Source: an uncultured Bacteroides sp. (GTDB lineage: Bacteria > Bacteroidota > Bacteroidia > Bacteroidales > Bacteroidaceae). From it: a stretch of 64,000 bases of DNA. The notes under the pieces are model-generated. The model was given only the letters and a program-made list of their open reading frames with translations, was not told where the DNA came from and did not search any database. Position 1 is the stretch's first letter, and each line of letters begins with the position of its first letter. Below are positions 1-9,696 of the stretch, piece after piece. The DNA lies in contig NZ_CAJLKP010000027.1 in the NCBI RefSeq assembly GCF_905207245.1, positions 171 to 64,170 on the forward strand, in the 5' to 3' direction. The translations under genes were made by a program, and so were the position numbers.

Positions 1-195
1 AAACTACTTAAAATCAGGGAATTATATTCATTCTTTGTTTCGATATTCAGTGTTTTATTCGTACCTTTACTTCGTATTAAAAGGTACTATAATACCTTTA
101 ATCAATGAACAATTATTTTTTATTTAAAATAAACTTCGATTTTAGTAAAACAAAAAACAGCAGATAGCTGTTGTTATTATAGAATTGAAAACGAC

Positions 196-645
196 ATGAG
201 AACAACTGTAAAGACATTTTTGGTATTTATGCTACTGACATTGGTATATAGTCTAAGTAGCAGCGCCGTCAACTTTACGGGGACGGTCGATAAAGAAGCA
301 GCCGCTTGCAAAGTAAGTGCTTCTTCTTCATCGCTGAGAAATGTCTCTTCAGATAATGTCGTTAACGATACAAGAAGCCTGTTTACTAATACCAAGTTCA
401 TGTGGTCTACTGATGTGGAACTTGGCAACAAACCTATCTCAGAAAGATATTCTTTTAATTCCCAGCGTTTCCGTAGAGCTATGGAAACTTCTATATTCCT
501 TAAGGGAATTTTCTTAATCTTATCTCAGCATCAGAATCTGATGGTGCATGACCAGTCGAAACTATACTATTCGGATAAAGATCCGCATTATACTTCCTTC
601 AGTAGTGAATACTACATCTATACTTTACGACGGATTATAATTTAA
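196..645 (+). CDS. hypothetical small secreted protein (coding status uncertain)
   Basis: 149-aa ORF with a signal-like N-terminus (MRTTVKTFLVFMLLTLVYSLSSSA). AT-rich and no family recognised. An antisense 84-aa ORF (177..431) overlaps it. Confidence 0.3.
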   Translation: MRTTVKTFLVFMLLTLVYSLSSSAVNFTGTVDKEAAACKVSASSSSLRNVSSDNVVNDTRSLFTNTKFMWSTDVELGNKPISERYSFNSQRFRRAMETSIFLKGIFLILSQHQNLMVHDQSKLYYSDKDPHYTSFSSEYYIYTLRRIII

Positions 646-839
646 ATTTCCCGCAGACTAGTTTTCCCTTTCCATCTTTCCCAAATGTGGCTGAAAGTTG
701 GCGATCTCTTACATCCCTAACTCTAGGGTGAGGTTATACGGGTGATTACGGTATATTGATACCGTGAGGGGGAGAACTGTATCCATACGAATTATTCTAA
801 AAAATCAATTTTAATACAAAACCATTTAAATTTTTCATC

Positions 840-1652
840 ATGGAAACTACTCAAAAGAAATCCGCCTCTTTTAAAGGCATCAAGTCTGCCGGTTGGGTAA
901 TCGTAATTTGCTTTATCGTAGCCGTGCTTATTTTTCACTTTGTGTTGGGAAATCCCTCTAACTTCATGAACAATGACCCGAACAACCATCCGCTGCCTGG
1001 AAACTTCCTCGGCACTATCTATAAAGGTGGATTCATTGTTCCTGTTATCCAGACTCTCTTGCTGACCGTTATTGCATTGAGCATTGAACGTTACATTGCT
1101 ATCGGTGCTGCTTTTGGTAAAGGTCCGTTGGCTAAGTTTGTTGCTAATATCAAAGCTGCCCTGGCTGCCAGTGACATGAAGAAAGCACAGGAAATTTGTG
1201 ACAAACAACATGGTTCTGTTGCCAATGTAGTAAATGCTACTTTGAAAAAGTATGCTGAAATGGAAAATGATACCAATCTGTCTAAAGACCAGAAGTTGCT
1301 TGCCATACAGAAGGAATTGGAAGAAGCCACTGCGCTGGAACTGCCGATGATGGAGCAGAACTTGCCTATTATCGGTACTATCACTACTCTGGGTACATTG
1401 ATGGGATTGCTCGGTACGGTTATCGGTATGATTCGTTCGTTTGCCGCTCTGGCTGCCGGAGGTTCTGCTGACTCAATGGCGTTGTCACAAGGTATCTCTG
1501 AGGCCTTGATTAATACGGCATTCGGTATCTTGACCGGAGCACTCGCCGTTATTTCCTATAACTATTATACCAATAAGATTGATAAGCTGACTTACAGCCT
1601 TGATGAGGTTGGATTCTCTATCGTGCAGACTTTTGCCGCTACGCATAAGTAA
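840..1652 (+). CDS. exbB: MotA/TolQ/ExbB family proton channel
   Basis: 270 aa with three TM segments. C-terminal signature TLGTLMGLLGTVIGMIRSF is typical of ExbB/TolQ. It is the first gene of an exbB-exbD-exbD-tonB array. Confidence 0.9.
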   Translation: METTQKKSASFKGIKSAGWVIVICFIVAVLIFHFVLGNPSNFMNNDPNNHPLPGNFLGTIYKGGFIVPVIQTLLLTVIALSIERYIAIGAAFGKGPLAKFVANIKAALAASDMKKAQEICDKQHGSVANVVNATLKKYAEMENDTNLSKDQKLLAIQKELEEATALELPMMEQNLPIIGTITTLGTLMGLLGTVIGMIRSFAALAAGGSADSMALSQGISEALINTAFGILTGALAVISYNYYTNKIDKLTYSLDEVGFSIVQTFAATHK

Positions 1653-1679
1653 ATTGACTCAATTTTTAATTTAATAATT

Positions 1680-2285
1680 ATGGGTAGAGCGAAGATAAAA
1701 AAGAAAAGTACGTTCATCGATATGACGGCGATGAGTGATGTGACAGTACTGCTGCTGACCTTTTTCATGCTGACATCTACGTTCGTGAAGAAAGAGCCGG
1801 TGCAGGTCACCACTCCGGCCTCTGTTTCCGAAATTAAGATTCCGGAAACGAATATCCTGCAGATATTGGTCGATCCGAACGGAAAAGTGTTTATGAGTAT
1901 GGACAAACAGTCTGACCTGCGCGAGGTGCTGGAAGCCATGGGACAAGAGTATGGAGTGACATTCACTCCGGAGGAAACCAAGAAGTTCGGATTGGCATCT
2001 ACTTTCGGAGTACCGATGAAGAGTATGAAGAAGTACCTCGACTTGCCGCAGGACCAGCAGGATGCTGTGTTAAAGAATGAGGGGATACCTACTGACAGTA
2101 TCGACAATCAGTTTAAAGCATGGGTGCGCAATGCCCGTGCCACGAACAAAGATTTACGTATCGCCATCAAGGCGGATGCCAATACTCCTTATTCCGTAAT
2201 CAAGAATGTGATGAACTCACTTCAGGACCTCAGAGAGAATCGGTATAACCTGATTACTTCTCTGAAGACTACTTCTGAAGAGTAG
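1680..2285 (+). CDS. exbD: biopolymer transporter ExbD/TolR
   Basis: 201 aa. N-terminal IDMTAMSDVTVLLLTFFML single-TM motif is characteristic of ExbD. Follows exbB. Confidence 0.87.
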   Translation: MGRAKIKKKSTFIDMTAMSDVTVLLLTFFMLTSTFVKKEPVQVTTPASVSEIKIPETNILQILVDPNGKVFMSMDKQSDLREVLEAMGQEYGVTFTPEETKKFGLASTFGVPMKSMKKYLDLPQDQQDAVLKNEGIPTDSIDNQFKAWVRNARATNKDLRIAIKADANTPYSVIKNVMNSLQDLRENRYNLITSLKTTSEE

Positions 2286-2363
2286 GGAACAAGGGGCAAG
2301 AGGGATAATACACCCTCGTAGACTTGTCAACTGAAACCTCGTCAACTAAAAAAATAGAATATT

Positions 2364-3014
2364 ATGGCTGAAATACAAGAAAGCGGCAATAAGAAAGGCG
2401 GAAAAAGCAAGCAGAAGAAAATGACTGTCAGGGTGGACTTTACACCAATGGTGGACATGAACATGTTGCTGATTACCTTCTTTATGCTTTGTACCTCACT
2501 GAGCAAGCCTCAGACGATGGAGATAAGTATGCCGAGTAACGATAAGGACATTACCGAAGAACAGCAGTCGAAAGTGAAGGCATCACAGGCTATTACTCTG
2601 CTGCTGGGTAGTGACGATAAAATGTATTATTACGAAGGAGAGCCCAACTACAAGGATTATACTTCGCTGAAGGAAACAACCTATCAGCCGGATGGTCTGA
2701 GGGCAATGCTCTTGCAACGTAATAGGGCTGCTGTAAATGAAGTGAACGAACTGAAACAGCAGAAACTGGACCTCAAGATATCAGAGGATGATTTCTCGAA
2801 GCGGCTTGCTGAGATAAAGAGCGGGAAGAATACACCGACAGTGATTATCAAAGCCACCGATAATGCTTCGTACAAGAATCTGATTGATGCACTCGATGAA
2901 ATGCAGATATGTAATATAGGTAAGTATGTGATTACCGACATTGCCGAAGCCGACGAATTTCTGATAAAGAATTTCGATAGCAAGGGTGAATTGTCGCAGA
3001 ACATTGCTGAATAA
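2364..3014 (+). CDS. exbD: biopolymer transporter ExbD/TolR (second paralog)
   Basis: 216 aa with VDFTPMVDMNMLLITFFML motif. Operon context. Confidence 0.85.
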   Translation: MAEIQESGNKKGGKSKQKKMTVRVDFTPMVDMNMLLITFFMLCTSLSKPQTMEISMPSNDKDITEEQQSKVKASQAITLLLGSDDKMYYYEGEPNYKDYTSLKETTYQPDGLRAMLLQRNRAAVNEVNELKQQKLDLKISEDDFSKRLAEIKSGKNTPTVIIKATDNASYKNLIDALDEMQICNIGKYVITDIAEADEFLIKNFDSKGELSQNIAE

Positions 3015-3040
3015 TGTGTAACACCTAAAAAAGTAAGAAT

Positions 3041-3856
3041 ATGGCTAAAGTAGATTTAAGTTCTTCGGAATGGTGCGACCTTATATTCAACGGCAAGAAC
3101 AAGGCATACGGTGCTTATAAGTTGAGGGAGACTTCTCCGAAACGTCATAATATCGCTGTGATATTGGTGATTGTCATCGCATTGGTAGGGTTCAGCATTC
3201 CTACTTTGATAAAGATGGCTACACCGAAGCAGAAGGAAGTGATGACTGAAGTGACTACTCTGTCTCAACTGGAGGAACCGGAAATTAAACAGGAAGAGAT
3301 GAAGAGAGTGGAGCCTGTTGCTCCCCCGCCTCCTGCTTTGAAGAGTTCTATCAAGTTTACCGCTCCGGTCATCAAAAAAGACGAGGAAGTAAACGAAGAG
3401 GATGAAATGAAGAGCCAGAAGGAACTGACTGAAACAAAAGTTGCCATTTCTATTGCCGACGTGAAAGGTAATGACGAAGCGAACGGTAAGGATATTGCTG
3501 ACCTGAAACAAGTGGTTACGCAGGCCGAGCCGGAACCTGAAAAGGTCTTCGATATGGTAGAGCAGATGCCTCAGTTCCCTGGTGGGCAGGCAGAGATGAT
3601 GCAGTTCATCAGTAAGAACATGAAGTATCCGACTATCGCTCAGGAAAACGGTACGCAAGGACGTGTGACTTGTCAGTTTGTGGTAGGTGCCGATGGTCGT
3701 GTGCGCGATGTGAATGTACTGAGAGGTGTAGACCCTTATCTGGACAAAGAAGCTGTTCGTGTGATAATGTCCATGCCTAAGTGGATTCCCGGCAAGCAGA
3801 ACGGTAAAGCTGTGTCGGTGAAGTATACAATACCGGTTGTGTTTAGATTACAATAA
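3041..3856 (+). CDS. tonB: energy transducer TonB
   Basis: 271 aa. N-terminal TM, Pro/Glu/Lys-rich linker (EPVAPPPPALK), and a C-terminal TonB_C-like domain (MPQFPGGQAEMMQFISKNMKYP...GRVTCQFVV...GKAVSVKYTIPVVF). Confidence 0.88.
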   Translation: MAKVDLSSSEWCDLIFNGKNKAYGAYKLRETSPKRHNIAVILVIVIALVGFSIPTLIKMATPKQKEVMTEVTTLSQLEEPEIKQEEMKRVEPVAPPPPALKSSIKFTAPVIKKDEEVNEEDEMKSQKELTETKVAISIADVKGNDEANGKDIADLKQVVTQAEPEPEKVFDMVEQMPQFPGGQAEMMQFISKNMKYPTIAQENGTQGRVTCQFVVGADGRVRDVNVLRGVDPYLDKEAVRVIMSMPKWIPGKQNGKAVSVKYTIPVVFRLQ

Positions 3857-3866
3857 TATGTGTGTG

Positions 3867-4817
3867 ATGAAAACGGTGAAACAACTTCAGCTTTTAGGTT
3901 TGGTGATGATGCTGGCTTCTGTGTCGGCATGCCAGAGCAAGCCCAAGGACGGACTGACGGATACATACACTTCGGGCGTGATAGCGATTGCTGCGGACGA
4001 AAGTTTCCGGCCTATCGTGCAGGAAGAAGTGGATGTGTTTGAGGGACTGTTTCCTTTGGCAGGAATTGTACCCCGTTATGTGACGGAAGTGGAAGCCGTC
4101 AATCTATTGCTCAAGGACAGTCTGCGGTTGGCGATTACCAGTCGCAGGCTGACACCGGAGGAGATGAACTCTTTCAATAGCCGGAAGTTCTTCCCACAGG
4201 AGATAAAGATAGCCACGGATGGATTAGCGTTGATTACCAATAAAGATAATCCCGATACACTGATTACCGTGAATGAGATCCGCGACATCCTGACGGGAAA
4301 GACCGCACAATGGAAAGACATCTATCCGGCATCCCGGTTGAAGGATATCAGTTTGGTATTTGATAACAAGAATTCCAGTACCGTACGTTTTGCGGTAGAT
4401 TCCATTTGCAAGGGTGCTCCGTTGTCGGACCAGGTAAAGGCGTTGAAGACCAACCGTGAGGTCATCGACTATGTGTCAAAGACTCCTGATGCTATCGGTA
4501 TTATTGGCGTGAATTGGCTGAGCGACCGTAATGACAGCACAGGACTTTCCTTTAGCAAAGAAGTACGGGTGATGTCCGTCAGCGCTGCCGACAAGGCGAC
4601 GCCGGAAAACAGTTTCAAACCCTATCAGGCATATTTGTTTTACGGTGATTATCCGTTGGCACGCAGCATCTATGCCCTGTTGAATGATCCGCGGAGCGCT
4701 CTTCCGTGGGGATTTGCCTCTTTCCTCTCTTCCGACCGGGGACAGCGGATTATTCTAAAGTCGGGATTAGTGCCTGCTACCCAACCGGTGCGGGTGGTGA
4801 ATATAAAAGATAAATAA
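3867..4817 (+). CDS. PstS-family (PBP-like) substrate-binding lipoprotein
   Basis: Start moved to MKTVKQLQLLGLVMMLASVSAC (lipobox), the internal Met of the 3837 ORF. Periplasmic-binding-protein-like sequence (IGIIGVNWL, DYPLARSIY). This is the usual partner gene of the Bacteroidota exbBD-tonB cluster. Confidence 0.72.
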   Translation: MKTVKQLQLLGLVMMLASVSACQSKPKDGLTDTYTSGVIAIAADESFRPIVQEEVDVFEGLFPLAGIVPRYVTEVEAVNLLLKDSLRLAITSRRLTPEEMNSFNSRKFFPQEIKIATDGLALITNKDNPDTLITVNEIRDILTGKTAQWKDIYPASRLKDISLVFDNKNSSTVRFAVDSICKGAPLSDQVKALKTNREVIDYVSKTPDAIGIIGVNWLSDRNDSTGLSFSKEVRVMSVSAADKATPENSFKPYQAYLFYGDYPLARSIYALLNDPRSALPWGFASFLSSDRGQRIILKSGLVPATQPVRVVNIKDK

Positions 4818-4822
4818 CTAAA

Positions 4823-6268
4823 ATGAATGCTATTATGAAAACGATGTTAATTCTTAGTATGGGAGCATTGCTGTTGGCCGGCACTGTTTCTGCACAGGCG
4901 CCTGTGAACGAATGGCAGGCTGGGGTAGATAAAATGAAAAACTTGGTTCAGACCAATCCCGAACAAGCTTCTGAGGAAGCCGGTGCATTGCTGAAAGGGA
5001 AGAATAAAAAGAATGTGGACCTTGTGACTTCCATAGCCCGTGTTTATCTGAATGCCGGAAAGCTTACCGATGCTCAGGAGTATCTGGCAATGGCGAAGAA
5101 AGCCAATAATAAGGATCCGAAAGTGTCCGTACTGGAGGGCGACATAGCTCTTGCACAAAAGAATGTGGGACAAGCCTGTCAGCTTTATGAACAGGCCATT
5201 TACTTCGACCCGAACTGTAAGGAGGCTTATCTGAAATATGCGCAGGCCTACAAATCTGCCAGTCCTTCATTGGCCATCGAGAAGCTGGAACAACTGAAAG
5301 CTGTGGAACCGGATTGTCTGGAAGCTGACAAGGAATTGGCTGAAGTATATTATTCCAGTAATCGGTTTGATAAAGCTGCCGCGATGTATGCGAAGTTCAT
5401 CAATACGCCTCTTGCTACGGAAGATGACATGCTGAAGTATGCATTTGCCTTATTCCTGAACCATGACTTCGAGAAATCGCTGCAAATAGCCCAGAAAGGC
5501 TTGCAGGCGAATGCCCGTCATGCTGCATTCAACCGTCTTGCCATGTATAATAATACGGACTTGAAACGTTATGAAGATGCGGAGAAAGCTGCTGATGCTT
5601 TCTTCCATGCTTCGGACAATGCGGATTATTCTTATCTGGATTATCGCTATTATGGCGCTTTATTGACTGCGTTGAAGAAATACGATGAAGCCATTATAGA
5701 ATATGGCAAGGCGCTTGAGAAGGACAATACGCAGACCGACTTATGGCGTGAAATCTCCGATGCTTATGAAATGAAGAACGATTATGCACAGGCTATTGCT
5801 TCTTATCAGAAGTATTATGATGCATTAGCCAAGGATAAAAAGACCCCTGAAACCTTATTCCAGCTAGGGCGTCTTTATTACGGACAGGGCACGTCTTCGG
5901 ACACGCTCACCGTGCAGCCTGCCGACCGTATGGCGGCGTTGCAGTCTGCTGACTCTGTATTCGCACTTGTTTCCGAACAAGCTCCCGATAGCTATCTGGG
6001 AGATATGTGGCGCGCCCGGACCAATTCTGCCATGGACCCCGAAACTACCGACGGGCTGGCGAAACCTTATTATGAAAAGGTGATGGAGGTGTTGCTAAGT
6101 AAAAACGATCCGAAGTATAATTCTCCGTTGATAGAGTGTTACAGTTATCTGGGATACTACTATCTATTGAAGAGCGACTATCCTACTTCGAAGGAGTACT
6201 GGAATAAAATTCTGGCTATAGACCCCGCCAATGCTACTGCCAAAAAGGCGTTGGATGGCATCAAATAG
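4823..6268 (+). CDS. tetratricopeptide-repeat protein (secreted)
   Basis: 481 aa with a signal peptide and many TPR-like A/Y/L-rich 34-aa repeats (AIYFDPNCKEAYLKYAQAY, AIASYQKYYDA, EYWNKILAIDPANATAKKAL). Last gene of the exbBD-tonB cluster. Confidence 0.8.
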   Translation: MNAIMKTMLILSMGALLLAGTVSAQAPVNEWQAGVDKMKNLVQTNPEQASEEAGALLKGKNKKNVDLVTSIARVYLNAGKLTDAQEYLAMAKKANNKDPKVSVLEGDIALAQKNVGQACQLYEQAIYFDPNCKEAYLKYAQAYKSASPSLAIEKLEQLKAVEPDCLEADKELAEVYYSSNRFDKAAAMYAKFINTPLATEDDMLKYAFALFLNHDFEKSLQIAQKGLQANARHAAFNRLAMYNNTDLKRYEDAEKAADAFFHASDNADYSYLDYRYYGALLTALKKYDEAIIEYGKALEKDNTQTDLWREISDAYEMKNDYAQAIASYQKYYDALAKDKKTPETLFQLGRLYYGQGTSSDTLTVQPADRMAALQSADSVFALVSEQAPDSYLGDMWRARTNSAMDPETTDGLAKPYYEKVMEVLLSKNDPKYNSPLIECYSYLGYYYLLKSDYPTSKEYWNKILAIDPANATAKKALDGIK

Positions 6269-6295
6269 CAACAATTTTAGTTGTTTGTCGTGTCG

Positions 6296-6345
6296 GGAGG
6301 AGTGGAGAGTGATTCTTAGCTCCTCTCTTTTTTTGCTTTTTTTTG
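6296..6345 (+). terminator. putative intrinsic terminator after the TPR gene
   Basis: GGAGGAG (6296-6302) pairs with CTCCTCT (6320-6326), followed by TTTTTTTGCTTTTTTTT. Confidence 0.45.
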
Positions 6346-6376
6346 AGGAAACGCTTGGAATATTAAAAAGTTTGCC

Positions 6377-6384
6377 TACATTTG
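6377..6384 (+). promoter_or_regulatory. Bacteroides-type -7 promoter box (TACATTTG)
   Basis: Matches the TAnnTTTG -7 consensus of the Bacteroides primary sigma factor. Lies 50 nt upstream of the ATG at 6435. Confidence 0.45.
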
Positions 6385-6434
6385 CGGTGTACTAATAAAC
6401 TAATACACTAAATAACTAATAAATATCCAAGCTT

Positions 6435-7289
6435 ATGCTACGAGTAGAAAACATTTCGTTCAGTTATCGTCGGGGCAAGAAAGAAGTTCTGCACGATTTT
6501 TCGCTTTCATTGGAGAAGGGTAGAGTATACGGGTTGCTGGGAAAGAATGGCGCCGGTAAGTCTACATTGCTTTATCTGATGAGCGGTTTGCTCACCCCCA
6601 AGAGCGGGAAGGTGATTTATCATGATACTGATGTGCGTCGCAGGTTGCCTGTCACTCTGCAGGATATGTTCCTGGTACCTGAAGAGTTTGAACTTCCTTC
6701 TATATCTCTGGTCAGCTATGTGGAGTTGAACAGTCAGTTCTATCCCCGTTTCAGCAAAGAAGATATGGTGAAGTACCTGCATTATTTTGAGATGGAGCAG
6801 GATTTGAATTTGGGAGCTTTATCTATGGGGCAGAAAAAGAAAGTATTCATGAGTTTTGCATTGGCTACCCATACTTCATTGTTGATTATGGACGAGCCAA
6901 CCAACGGACTTGATATTCCGGGTAAAAGCCAGTTCCGTAAGTTCATTGCTTCCGGCATGTCGGATGACAGGACAATTATTATCTCTACTCACCAGGTGCG
7001 GGATATTGATAAGATATTGGATCATGTAGTGATTATGGATAACAGTCGTGTATTGCTTGATGAGTCTACCGCCAGCATTTGCAACAAGTTGCTTTTCCTT
7101 GAAAGTGATGACCGTGAAATGGCGAAGACTGCACTTTATACATTGCCTTCCGTGCAAGGCAACTTCCTGATGCTACCGAATACGGAAGACGAAGAATCGG
7201 AGATTAATCTTGAACTGCTGTTCGGTGCTACGCTTGCCGCACCACAGAAGATGGCAGAAATGTTTCACCCTAAAAAGAATGAACAATGA
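6435..7289 (+). CDS. ABC transporter ATP-binding protein
   Basis: Walker A GKNGAGKSTLL, signature LSMGQKKK, Walker B LLIMDEPTNGLD. Confidence 0.9.
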   Translation: MLRVENISFSYRRGKKEVLHDFSLSLEKGRVYGLLGKNGAGKSTLLYLMSGLLTPKSGKVIYHDTDVRRRLPVTLQDMFLVPEEFELPSISLVSYVELNSQFYPRFSKEDMVKYLHYFEMEQDLNLGALSMGQKKKVFMSFALATHTSLLIMDEPTNGLDIPGKSQFRKFIASGMSDDRTIIISTHQVRDIDKILDHVVIMDNSRVLLDESTASICNKLLFLESDDREMAKTALYTLPSVQGNFLMLPNTEDEESEINLELLFGATLAAPQKMAEMFHPKKNEQ

Positions 7290-8125
7290 TACGCGATACT
7301 TTTTTTAGTGCACCCCGTTTTGTGAGCTTATGCCGCAAAGAAATGGTGGAGAGTTGGAAAGCTAATTTGCTTAGGTTTGTAATGATGTACGGCATAATGG
7401 CGATTGCTTTTATATGGAATGGCTACTTTCAATATAATCATCCGGAAGGTCTGATTAATAGAGGGATAACTCAGGACCCTATATGGACATTTGAATTGGG
7501 AGCTTTCATTTGGGCGCTTGTTATTATGGGACTTCTGAGCGCTTCGTTCATTATGGAACGCATGAAATCTAAAACGAACCGGATAGCTATGTTGATGACG
7601 CCTGCTACGATGTTTGAGAAGTTTTTCTCCCGTTGGCTGGTATTTACTTTCGGCTTTCTCATCGTATTCCTGATAGCTTTCAAATTGGCGGATTGGACAC
7701 GTGTAGCGGTTTATATGGTCAGCTATCCCGAGTTGAAAGATATTATTTCCTCTACTCCGCTTTCCCATCTGGTAGGAAAAGGACAATTCTGGACGGTTTT
7801 TGCTGATTGCAATTATTTCATGTTAGGAGTAAGCGCTTATTTCTTTGCACAGTCCTTGTTTGTTTTGGGTAGTTCCATCTGGCCGAAAAACTCATTTGTG
7901 AAAACTTTCTCAGCCATTGTGGTCGTTGCTATCATTTATATAGCAATAGGATCGGTACTGGGAAAAATAGTATTTGAAGCACGTGGTGTTCGTGGAGTGA
8001 ATCAGGATATATCTGATGAAGCCATGACACTTTGGACTACAATCGTCTTCTTTGGTATGGCTATCTTCAATTGGATAGTCGCTTATTTCCGCTTTAAAGA
8101 ATCTGAAATCATTAACCGCTGGTAA
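7286..8125 (+). CDS. multi-pass membrane protein, probable permease partner of the ABC ATPase
   Basis: 279 aa with about 6 hydrophobic segments. Its start overlaps the ATPase stop (ATGA). Confidence 0.6.
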   Translation: MIRDTFFSAPRFVSLCRKEMVESWKANLLRFVMMYGIMAIAFIWNGYFQYNHPEGLINRGITQDPIWTFELGAFIWALVIMGLLSASFIMERMKSKTNRIAMLMTPATMFEKFFSRWLVFTFGFLIVFLIAFKLADWTRVAVYMVSYPELKDIISSTPLSHLVGKGQFWTVFADCNYFMLGVSAYFFAQSLFVLGSSIWPKNSFVKTFSAIVVVAIIYIAIGSVLGKIVFEARGVRGVNQDISDEAMTLWTTIVFFGMAIFNWIVAYFRFKESEIINRW

Positions 8126-8127
8126 GT

Positions 8128-8496
8128 ATGAATTTTAAAGAAAGTAAAGCCATCTACCTGCAAATAGCAGATCGGATTTGTGACGAGGTACTTCTTGGTC
8201 AATATCAGGAAGAAGAACGTATACCATCCGTCAGAGAATATGCGGCTGTGGTAGAGGTAAATGCCAATACGGTGATGCGTTCGTACGATTATTTGCAATC
8301 ACAAGGGGTTATTTATAACAAGCGGGGCATTGGCTATTTTGTGTCTGCCGGTGCTCGCGAACAAATCCTTTCATTGCGGAAAGAGTATTTTCTGAAAGAA
8401 GAGGTGGATTACTTCTTCAAGCAGATGTACACACTCGGTATTTCGGCAAAAGATATGTCGGATATGTATCAGGAATATAGTAAGAAACAAAAATAA
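8128..8496 (+). CDS. GntR-family (YtrA-like) transcriptional regulator
   Basis: 122 aa. Winged-helix motif IPSVREYAAVVEVNANTVMRSYDYLQSQGVIYNKRGIGYFV. The short YtrA-type length and ABC neighbours fit. Confidence 0.85.
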   Translation: MNFKESKAIYLQIADRICDEVLLGQYQEEERIPSVREYAAVVEVNANTVMRSYDYLQSQGVIYNKRGIGYFVSAGAREQILSLRKEYFLKEEVDYFFKQMYTLGISAKDMSDMYQEYSKKQK

Positions 8497-8507
8497 AGAA
8501 GAAGATT

Positions 8508-9329
8508 ATGAAACGAACAACTTATATAATATTTGGAATGCTGCTTGCCGGATTGGTGGTTATATGCGGTGGCATATTCTATAGCTCTACGTTATTTTTC
8601 GACGGGAATGATAACTTTATGGATATCAATGGAGAACAAAAAACAGTGCAGTTGCCAGAGTGCAAAGTGGTGCAGTTGGTGACAGATAGAGATATCATTG
8701 TGGATGATAACGAAATAAAAGAAATAAGAATGGTTGCATTCAGTGAGATACCGCTGAAGGTTCGTCAGGCGCAAGCAGAAAACGGTACTTTCACTTATGC
8801 TTCTGATATGGATAAGTATATGACGATGAATACGTCGGGAGATACATTGCATATTGTATTCAATTTCTCCAAAGAAAAACTGGAGAAGAAGTACCAGGAT
8901 ATGTCTTGGCTTAATGTGCGCTCCAAAGAGATGATTTTGGCCTTACCCGCTGATATACAAAGGATAACTTCCAATTTGATAAGTCAGCAGGTGAACTTTA
9001 AAAATCTGGATTGTGACACATTGTCTTTTGCTGTAGAAAACCGTGCCACTATAGAAAATTGTCGATTTAGAGCCTTGCATGTGATTAATGGAAATTTGAA
9101 TTTTGACAGTGGAGAAGTGAAAGACTTACATCTTCGGCTGGATAACATACACTCCTGGCATGTAAATAAAGAATCTTTTAGCATTGATACTGAGTATCTC
9201 TATGCACATGGTAACCCAAGATGTACAATAGAAAAAGGAGAGTGTCGCCAAGTGGTTTGGATGCCCCAGTCAAGTGGAGCCACGCTGAATATAAACCTGA
9301 AAGAAGCCGCACGAATCGTTGTGGAATAA
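8508..9329 (+). CDS. membrane-anchored hypothetical protein
   Basis: 273 aa with an N-terminal TM. The C-terminal half looks like repetitive beta-strands. No family assigned with confidence. Confidence 0.55.
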   Translation: MKRTTYIIFGMLLAGLVVICGGIFYSSTLFFDGNDNFMDINGEQKTVQLPECKVVQLVTDRDIIVDDNEIKEIRMVAFSEIPLKVRQAQAENGTFTYASDMDKYMTMNTSGDTLHIVFNFSKEKLEKKYQDMSWLNVRSKEMILALPADIQRITSNLISQQVNFKNLDCDTLSFAVENRATIENCRFRALHVINGNLNFDSGEVKDLHLRLDNIHSWHVNKESFSIDTEYLYAHGNPRCTIEKGECRQVVWMPQSSGATLNINLKEAARIVVE

Positions 9330-9351
9330 CAATAGGAATAGTCAGGATACA

Positions 9352-9381
9352 AAAAAAGACCGTTGAAAAACGGTCTTTTTT
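9352..9381. terminator. bidirectional intrinsic terminator
   Basis: AAAAAAGACCGTT-GAAA-AACGGTCTTTTTT is a perfect hairpin flanked by an A-run and a T-run. It lies between the convergent 8508..9329 CDS and the tRNA gene. Confidence 0.65.
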
Positions 9382-9387
9382 ATTTAG

Positions 9388-9460
<73 letters not shown>

Positions 9461-9474
9461 ATGTTTTGTGGGTG

Positions 9475-9482
9475 CAAAGGTA
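9475..9482 (-). promoter_or_regulatory. -7 promoter box TACCTTTG for the tRNA gene
   Basis: The minus strand reads TACCTTTGcacccacaaaacat and then the tRNA 5' end follows. Matches TAnnTTTG. Confidence 0.55.
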
Positions 9483-9654
9483 CGGCTTTTTATGAAACTA
9501 ACAAATAAAATCCGTTTTATTTTCTCTAAAAAATGTGATGTTGTTTCTAAACTGTTGATAAGTAACATGATAGTGTATGCTTTTTTTTTCTTCTCTTCCT
9601 ATGATGGAATGTTAATAAAACACACGATTTCTTGTGTGGTATGCAGAAAAGTTT

Positions 9655-9662
9655 TACTTTTG
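9655..9662 (+). promoter_or_regulatory. -7 promoter box TACTTTTG
   Basis: TAnnTTTG match 35 nt upstream of the TetR-family start at 9697. Confidence 0.4.
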
Positions 9663-9696
9663 CTCAAATTATTAAGCAATGTGCAATTATTAATAT

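Noticed and set aside
196-645. N-terminal AVNFTGTV...AAAC motif reminiscent of chaperone-usher pilin N-termini
   Set aside because: Only one Cys is present, there are no usher or chaperone genes nearby, and the rest of the sequence does not look pilin-like. A minus-strand hairpin with a U-tract at about 150..180 would instead fit the antisense ORF 177..431. Even the coding strand is therefore unresolved.
2127-2142. Sigma-54-like match TGGCACgggcaTTGCG on the minus strand inside exbD
   Set aside because: It is antisense within a coding region, has no downstream minus-strand gene, and the -12 element ends in G rather than A/T. It is most likely a chance match.
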